A stretch of 39,118 nt of DNA, taken from positions 1 through 39,118 of the forward strand of contig VBGS01000165.1 in assembly GCA_005889445.1 (NCBI GenBank). The letters are read 5' to 3'. Made by a program: the position numbers and the translations under genes. Below are positions 33,859 to 39,118 of the stretch, one piece after another. This DNA is from Chloroflexota bacterium. GTDB lineage: Bacteria; Chloroflexota; Limnocylindria; P2-11E. Under the pieces are notes generated by a model. That model searched no databases, was not told where the DNA came from, and saw nothing but the letters and a program-made list of their open reading frames with translations. Every line of letters starts with the position of its first letter. Position 1 is the stretch's first letter.

Positions 33859-36123
33859 ATGGCACGGAGGGCCGCGCGCTCGGCGCGCCGAGGGGCCACG
33901 CCCGCGATCGAGCCGCGCATCCGCGACGAGGTCGGCGCCATCGCCGTCGTCGCGTTCGCGGTCCTGTCGGCCGTCGCGCTGGCCACCGATCAGGGAGCGG
34001 TGCTCCATTGGTGGCGCTCGACCCTTTTCGATGTCCTCGGGTGGGCAGCCTTCCTCGTGCCGCTCGCGCTGGCCGCGATCGCGCTCGAGCTGTGGTTCGG
34101 GTTCGTGCACCGCGGGACGGTCCTGCCGACACTCGGCGGGGTCGTCGTGCTCGCAGCCCTGCTCGGCTTGACCCGCCACTACGCGCGGGACGAGGTCGCT
34201 GGGGGCTACGTGGGCGGCGCGATCGCCAAGACCGCCGCGGCGCTCTTCGGACAGATCGGCGCTCCGGTTGCGCTCTTCGCGCTGGTTCTTGCCGGCGTCG
34301 TGATCGCGGCGAACCGCACTCTCGCGCAGATCCTTGCCCCCGCCTGGCGCCAGCGACAGGCGCTCGGCGCCCTCAAACCGGGGACCGTCATCCCCACTGG
34401 CACGGCGGGACGCTTCGACCGAATCGTCGATGACGGGCCGGACGCTGAGCAGCTCCGGATCCATCTGCCGGCGGAAAGACGACCCTCGCCGCCGTCGACT
34501 CAGGTTCCGAAACCCTCTCCTCGCGACGGGGGCCCCCCGGCCTCCGGCCGGCTCCCCATCGCGCGGGGTCCCTCGGAACCTTCGTCGCCGTCGGCTGAGT
34601 CACCTCTCTCCTCCGCCGATGACTCCGAGCGTGCTCCTTTCGCTGTTTCAATCGCCGGACTCCCCTCCGCTGCGGTCGCCGCGGAGGGCGTCCTGCACGC
34701 GGACCCTCCGGAGAAGCCGTGGACCCTTCCGGCACTCGGCATCCTCGACGAGGGCACCGCCGCCCGCCTCAGCACCGACGAGCTCAAACGGAACAGCCGC
34801 GTCATCGAGGAGACGCTCTCGTACTTCGGGATCAGCGCGGCGGTATCGGACGTCTTTCCCGGGCCAGTCGTGACCCGCTACGAGCTGAAGCCCGCGGCCG
34901 GGGTCAAGCTTTCGCGGATCGAGGCGCTCTCCGACGACCTGGCGCTCGCGCTGGCCGCCCGGAGCCTACGCATCGAGGCGCCGATCCCCGGCAAGAGCGT
35001 CGTCGGGATCGAGATCCCCAACCTCGCGATCGGCCTGGTGTCGCTGCGCGACGTCGCCGAAAGCGCCGAGTTCCGGACCGGGTCCAAGCTCACCGTGGCG
35101 CTCGCCCGCGACGTCGCCGGTTCGCCGATCGTGACCGACCTCGCGCGGCTGCCGCATCTCCTCATCGCCGGCCAGACCGGGTCCGGCAAGAGCGTGCTCA
35201 TGAACTCGATCATCTGCAGCATCCTCCTGCAGGCGACGCCGGACGAGGTCAGGCTCGTTCTGGCGGACCCCAAACGGGTCGAGCTGACCGGTTTCAACGG
35301 GATCCCGCACCTGGTGGTGCCGGTCGTCACCGACCACGACAAGATCCTGAACGCCCTGTACTGGGCAATGGGGGAGATGGACCGGCGGTACCGGCTGTTC
35401 GCCCGGGCCGCCGCCCGGAACATCGAGAAGTACAACGACTCTCGGACCGGGCAGGACCGGATCCCGTACGTCGTCCTGATCATCGACGAGCTCGCCGACC
35501 TCATGATGTCGGCGCCGATCCAGGTCGAGAAGGCCATCACCCGGATCTCGCAGCTCGCGCGGGCCACGGGGATCCACCTGGTCGTCGCCACGCAGCGGCC
35601 ATCGGTCGACGTGATCACCGGACTCATCAAAGCGAACATCCCGGCTCGCGTCGCGTTTGCTACCGCGTCCGCGGTCGATTCACGCACGATTCTCGACATG
35701 ACCGGCGCGGAGAAGCTCCTCGGCCGCGGCGACATGCTCTGGCTGCCACCCGACTCACCGAAGCCCACCCGGGCTCAGGGCGTCTTCGTGTCCGATGCCG
35801 AGATCGATCTGGTCACGCGACATTGGAAGCAGCAGCGCGAGCCGCGCTACGACCTCTCGATCCTCGAGGACAAAGAGCGCGCGCGAGTGCGCGACGACGG
35901 CGGCGAGGACATCGAAGATGACCGCTACGAGGAAGCCGTCGAGATCGTCCAGCGCGCGGGGCAGGCCTCGGTCTCGATGCTACAGCGAAAGATGACCATC
36001 GGGTTTGCTCGGGCCGGCCGGCTCATCGACATGATGGAGCAGCACGGCGTGATCGGTCCCTCACAGGGTCCGGGCAAGATGCGCGACGTATACGGCATGG
36101 CGAAGGACCAGGGTCGCGCGTGA
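33859..36123 (+). CDS. ftsK: DNA translocase FtsK/SpoIIIE
   Basis: It has N-terminal TM helices, a Pro/Ser linker, a motor domain with GQTGSGKSV and IIDELADL, and a C-terminal gamma wHTH (SVSMLQRKMTIGFARAGRLID). Confidence 0.93.
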   Translation: MARRAARSARRGATPAIEPRIRDEVGAIAVVAFAVLSAVALATDQGAVLHWWRSTLFDVLGWAAFLVPLALAAIALELWFGFVHRGTVLPTLGGVVVLAALLGLTRHYARDEVAGGYVGGAIAKTAAALFGQIGAPVALFALVLAGVVIAANRTLAQILAPAWRQRQALGALKPGTVIPTGTAGRFDRIVDDGPDAEQLRIHLPAERRPSPPSTQVPKPSPRDGGPPASGRLPIARGPSEPSSPSAESPLSSADDSERAPFAVSIAGLPSAAVAAEGVLHADPPEKPWTLPALGILDEGTAARLSTDELKRNSRVIEETLSYFGISAAVSDVFPGPVVTRYELKPAAGVKLSRIEALSDDLALALAARSLRIEAPIPGKSVVGIEIPNLAIGLVSLRDVAESAEFRTGSKLTVALARDVAGSPIVTDLARLPHLLIAGQTGSGKSVLMNSIICSILLQATPDEVRLVLADPKRVELTGFNGIPHLVVPVVTDHDKILNALYWAMGEMDRRYRLFARAAARNIEKYNDSRTGQDRIPYVVLIIDELADLMMSAPIQVEKAITRISQLARATGIHLVVATQRPSVDVITGLIKANIPARVAFATASAVDSRTILDMTGAEKLLGRGDMLWLPPDSPKPTRAQGVFVSDAEIDLVTRHWKQQREPRYDLSILEDKERARVRDDGGEDIEDDRYEEAVEIVQRAGQASVSMLQRKMTIGFARAGRLIDMMEQHGVIGPSQGPGKMRDVYGMAKDQGRA

Positions 36124-37198
36124 GCAAGCTCGGCGAGATCCTGCGCGCGCAGCGCGAGAAGAAGGCCATCACCCTCGAGCAGGCCGCCGCGGACACGCGC
36201 ATCCGGGAGAAGTTCCTGAAGGCCCTCGAGGATGGGGACTACGTGTCGCTCCCCGGCGCGGTGTACACGAAGGGCTTCCTTCGTAACTACGCCGAGTATC
36301 TCGACCTCGACACCGACGAGCTCATCCCGCTCTACCAGCACGAGCGCGGGCAACCCGAGCCGCCGCAGACGAAGTCGTTCAAGCCGTATCGGCCGATCGC
36401 GCGACGCAGCCTCGTCTTCCGGCCCGTCGTCTTCGTCCCGGTGATCGTGATCGCCGCGGTCAGCCTCTTCGCGGGCTACATCTACTATCAGTTCACGACC
36501 TTCGCGGTGAAGCCGCGTCTCGAGCTCACCGAGCCCGCGACGGATCTGAACGCGTCGACGAGCGAGCTCGTCGTCCGCGGGGTCACCGTGCCCGAGGGCC
36601 GCATCACGGTACGCATCTTTCCGGGCCCGGACACCCTCGGCGACATCCGGCCGGATCCGGACGGACGCTTCGTCGTGACCGTCGGCCTGAAGCCGGGCGC
36701 CAATCATCTCGAGGTTGAGACCCTCGACGCCGCGGGCAAGACCAATCGTGTCTCACGCACCATCCAGTACCAGGCAGCCTCAGCCGCCGCGACTCCGCCG
36801 CAGCTCATCATTGAGGCGCCGTGCCGATCAACTCGGACGGCCGATTCGACACGCGCTACTACGCGCCCGCGGGGCCGCAGACGTTCGCGATCGTCGCGCG
36901 CTCGGCGAGCGGCGCGACGGTGCAGGAGACGCGCAGCGTCACGGTCGTCTACACGCAGGCCGTGGTGACCGTCTTCGTCAAAGGCGGCGACGCATGGCTT
37001 CAGGCAACGGTCGACGGCAATCCGATGACCGGCGCGGCCGGGCGCACCTACCGCGACGGTGAGACGGCGGTCTTCATCGGCCACGAAGTGCGGATCAAGA
37101 GCGGAAACGCTGCCGTGACGCAGGTGATCTACAACGGCCAGCCGATGACGAGCCTGGGCAAGCAGGGAGAAGTCGTCGAGCGCGTCTTCACCCAGTAG
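36120..37198 (+). pseudogene. rodZ: RodZ-like cytoskeleton protein, split by a 1-nt frameshift near 36815-36822
   Basis: The N-terminal HTH (LGEILRAQREKKAITLEQAA), TM helix and an Ig-like repeat are in frame 0. A second Ig-like repeat and the DUF4115-like C-terminus (VTVFVKGGDAWLQATVDGN...IKSGNAAVTQVIYNGQ) are in the frame of ORF 36821..37198. The frame-0 tail after 36822 is Arg-rich nonsense. Confidence 0.7.
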
Positions 37199-37253
37199 CG
37201 GGCACGCGCTCGCGGACTGGATCACCTACGCGCGCCTCGCCGCGCTGCTTCCC

Positions 37254-37727
37254 GTGAGCGTTCTCGTCGCGCAAGGCTCGTATTTCCCGGCGCTGATCGT
37301 GTTCGGTGCGGCCGCCCTGAGCGATGCCGTCGACGGGCCCGTCGCCCGCGCTCGCAACCAGGCGAGCGACCGTGGCGGCTGGCTCGATCCATTCGCCGAC
37401 AAGGTGCTCGTCGTCGGCGTCCTCGCGGCGCTCGCGATCCGCGGCCTCGTCCCCCCGTGGGCGCTTCTCGCGGTCGTGGCCCGCGAGGTCGCCGCGCTCG
37501 GGCTACGGGCACGCTCGCCGCGGTCGCTGCCGGCGACCGCCGACGGCAAGGCCAAGACCGTGTTGCAGGCACTCGCGATCGCCGCGACGCTGCTGGCCGC
37601 CGGCGCCGGCTCGGACGAGATCGCGGCGGTCGCGGCCGCTCTCCTCATAGCGGCGGTCGCGCTGACACTGGTCTCGGGCGTCAGACTCATGCACCGTGCC
37701 TTCCAAACAGCCCCCGACGCTCGCTGA
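37254..37727 (+). CDS. pgsA: CDP-diacylglycerol--glycerol-3-phosphate 3-phosphatidyltransferase (CDP-alcohol phosphatidyltransferase family)
   Basis: It has the motif DAVDGPVAR-x8-G-x3-DPFADK. The frame is open from 37149 and encodes family-like ADWITYARLAALLP upstream of the first canonical start, GTG 37254. Confidence 0.8.
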   Translation: MSVLVAQGSYFPALIVFGAAALSDAVDGPVARARNQASDRGGWLDPFADKVLVVGVLAALAIRGLVPPWALLAVVAREVAALGLRARSPRSLPATADGKAKTVLQALAIAATLLAAGAGSDEIAAVAAALLIAAVALTLVSGVRLMHRAFQTAPDAR

Positions 37728-38199
37728 GCTCGAAGCGCGAATGGCGAAGATCCAACCGCGCCTGATCCGACGCAAGCTCACCGTGGCCGTCGCCGAATCG
37801 TGCACGGGGGGACTCGTCGCGGCGGTGCTGACGGCGCACGGCGGCTCAAGTCGATTTTTCCGCGGCGGCGCGGTCGTCTACTCGAACGAGGCGAAGACGG
37901 CGCTGGCCGACGTCGCGCCCGATCTCATCCACGGCCACGGCGCGGTCTCGTCGGTCGTGGCGGGCGCGCTGGCGCGCGGAGCGCGCGAGCGTCTCGGCGC
38001 GCGCATCGGACTCGGCGTCACGGGCATCGCCGGTCCGGGCGGGGCGACGCCGGGCAAACCGGTGGGTCTGGTCTACGTCGCCGTCGACAGCGACGACCAC
38101 GGCAGCGTGAAAAAGAATCAGTTTTCATATGACCGCGAGGGGAACCGCCTCGCTTCGGTCAACGTCGCGCTCGATCTCCTCGAGCGGGCGATCGGGTGA
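37696..38199 (+). CDS. pncC: CinA C-terminal domain / nicotinamide-nucleotide amidohydrolase PncC
   Basis: It has VAVAESCTGGLVAA, YSNEAK and GIAGPGGATPGKPVGLVYVA. The GTG 37696 start (alternative ATG 37741) overlaps the pgsA 3' end. Confidence 0.85.
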   Translation: MPSKQPPTLAELEARMAKIQPRLIRRKLTVAVAESCTGGLVAAVLTAHGGSSRFFRGGAVVYSNEAKTALADVAPDLIHGHGAVSSVVAGALARGARERLGARIGLGVTGIAGPGGATPGKPVGLVYVAVDSDDHGSVKKNQFSYDREGNRLASVNVALDLLERAIG

Positions 38200-38969
38200 G
38201 CGTCGACCAGCGGCGTGCCCTCGCGCTCGTGTGGCACGACCGGGAGGCGGCGGGCCTGTACCGATATCGCGCGCCCTATCCGCCGGCGGTGTTCGAGGCG
38301 ATCCGTCGTCTGGTCGTTTCGCCTCCGATCATCCTGGACGCGGGCTGCGGCACGGGGGCCCTGACGCGCCACCTCGCCGGGTTCGCGAGCCGGATCGACG
38401 CGATCGATCCGTCGGAAGCGATGATCGCCGAGGGCAAGCGACTGCCCGGTGGCGACGATCGTCGGATCCGGTGGATCGTGGGGACGGCCGAAGCGGCGCC
38501 GCTCGATCCCCCATACGGCCTCATCACCGGCGGGAAGAGCCTCCACTGGATGGACCACGGCGTCGTGATGCCCCGCTTCGCGGACGTCCTCGTGCCGGGA
38601 GGCCGTCTCGTCGTCGTCGACGACGACGTCGCGTACCCGCCGCTCTGGAAGAAGGACCTCATCGCGATCATTGAGCGCTACTCGCCCGTCAATCCATCCG
38701 CCTTCAAGGACCTCTTCGGCGAGCTCCAGAGGCGCGGGCTCTTCGAGCGGCACGGCTTCCTGAAGACGACCGTCGTGCCGTTCGAACAAGCGGTCGAGGA
38801 CTTCATTCAGGCGCTGCAGAGCACGAGCAGCCTGTCTCGCGTCACGCTCGGCGAGCGGACCGACGCGTTCGCCGCGGACGTGCGCGGACTGTTCGCGCGC
38901 CTGGGGATCACCCATCTCTCATTGCCTGTCGCGGCCGCCCTTGTCTGGGGACGGCCGCTACGGCCATGA
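38196..38969 (+). CDS. Class I SAM-dependent methyltransferase
   Basis: It has motif I, ILDAGCGTGALT, with IDAIDPSEAM after it. The GTG start overlaps the pncC stop (GTGA). Confidence 0.7.
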   Translation: MSVDQRRALALVWHDREAAGLYRYRAPYPPAVFEAIRRLVVSPPIILDAGCGTGALTRHLAGFASRIDAIDPSEAMIAEGKRLPGGDDRRIRWIVGTAEAAPLDPPYGLITGGKSLHWMDHGVVMPRFADVLVPGGRLVVVDDDVAYPPLWKKDLIAIIERYSPVNPSAFKDLFGELQRRGLFERHGFLKTTVVPFEQAVEDFIQALQSTSSLSRVTLGERTDAFAADVRGLFARLGITHLSLPVAAALVWGRPLRP

Positions 38970-39118
38970 GCGCAAAACCGCTTGGAGTCGGCCTGCTCGG
39001 CCTTGGCACGGTGGGCTCCGCCGTCGCGAGGGCGTTCGCGGAGCGCTCGCGCCGGATCGATGCGGCCGCGGGCCGTCCGGTCAAGCTCGTCGCGGCCGCG
39101 GTCCGCGACCCGAGGAAG
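38966..39118 (+). CDS. hom: Homoserine dehydrogenase, N-terminal fragment (runs off window)
   Basis: The LGVGLLGLGTVGSAVARAF Rossmann N-terminus is typical of Hom. The ATG overlaps the previous stop (ATGA). Confidence 0.6.
   Translation, partial: MSAKPLGVGLLGLGTVGSAVARAFAERSRRIDAAAGRPVKLVAAAVRDPRK

Noticed and set aside
1-39118. A scan for rRNA, tRNA, CRISPR repeats, IS elements, integrases and phage genes.
   Set aside because: No cloverleaf-like or repeat-spacer structure was seen by eye, and no transposase or integrase-like ORF. Intergenic regions are very short. Small ncRNAs cannot be excluded without covariance-model searches.

Overview
GC-rich bacterial chromosomal segment with strong GC3 bias. 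Gene order resembles Actinomycetota-like Terrabacteria, though that placement is only inference.

Gene order: mutS2 (5' end off-window) | NUDIX remnant and class A PBP (minus) | tyrS-TPR | small surface protein (minus) | ndh, small membrane protein, VOC protein | wHTH-MNT/HEPN-like toxin-antitoxin islet | EF-G2 paralog (minus) | yebC-ruvC-ruvA | orphan flp pilin | nusA-ylxR-infB-rbfA-nrnA-truB-[GT-C membrane protein]-ribF-[PAL-like NHL protein, HIT fragment, REC fragment, GNAT, F420-type LLM oxidoreductase]-rpsO-pnp-[GT2-YdjC-methyltransferase]-udg-rnj-ftsK-rodZ-pgsA-cinA-methyltransferase-hom (3' end off-window).

I saw no rRNA, tRNA, CRISPR array, transposase or integrase. The window is mostly housekeeping, and I cannot point to a convincing new multi-gene system.

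The most striking thing visible in the sequence is a run of conserved genes with defects. These include short internal losses (ribF, rnj, GNAT, NUDIX), a convergent HIT/REC truncation scar, a frameshift (rodZ), and an in-frame TAA at codon 4 (wHTH-MNT). truB, ribF and pgsA also lack a canonical start codon at the expected N-terminus. This is either genuine gene decay or an assembly/scaffold-gap artefact, and I cannot tell which without reads.

Secondary candidates:
- a translationally coupled GT2-YdjC deacetylase-methyltransferase operon, plus a distant GT-C protein (ArnC/ArnD/ArnT-like logic)
- an orphan Flp pilin sitting where ruvB and rimP would be expected
- a surface protein with a duplicated two-Cys domain and a non-canonical C-terminal anchor
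- an EF-G2 paralog lacking the catalytic His

Family calls come from motif recognition by eye. No searches were run.
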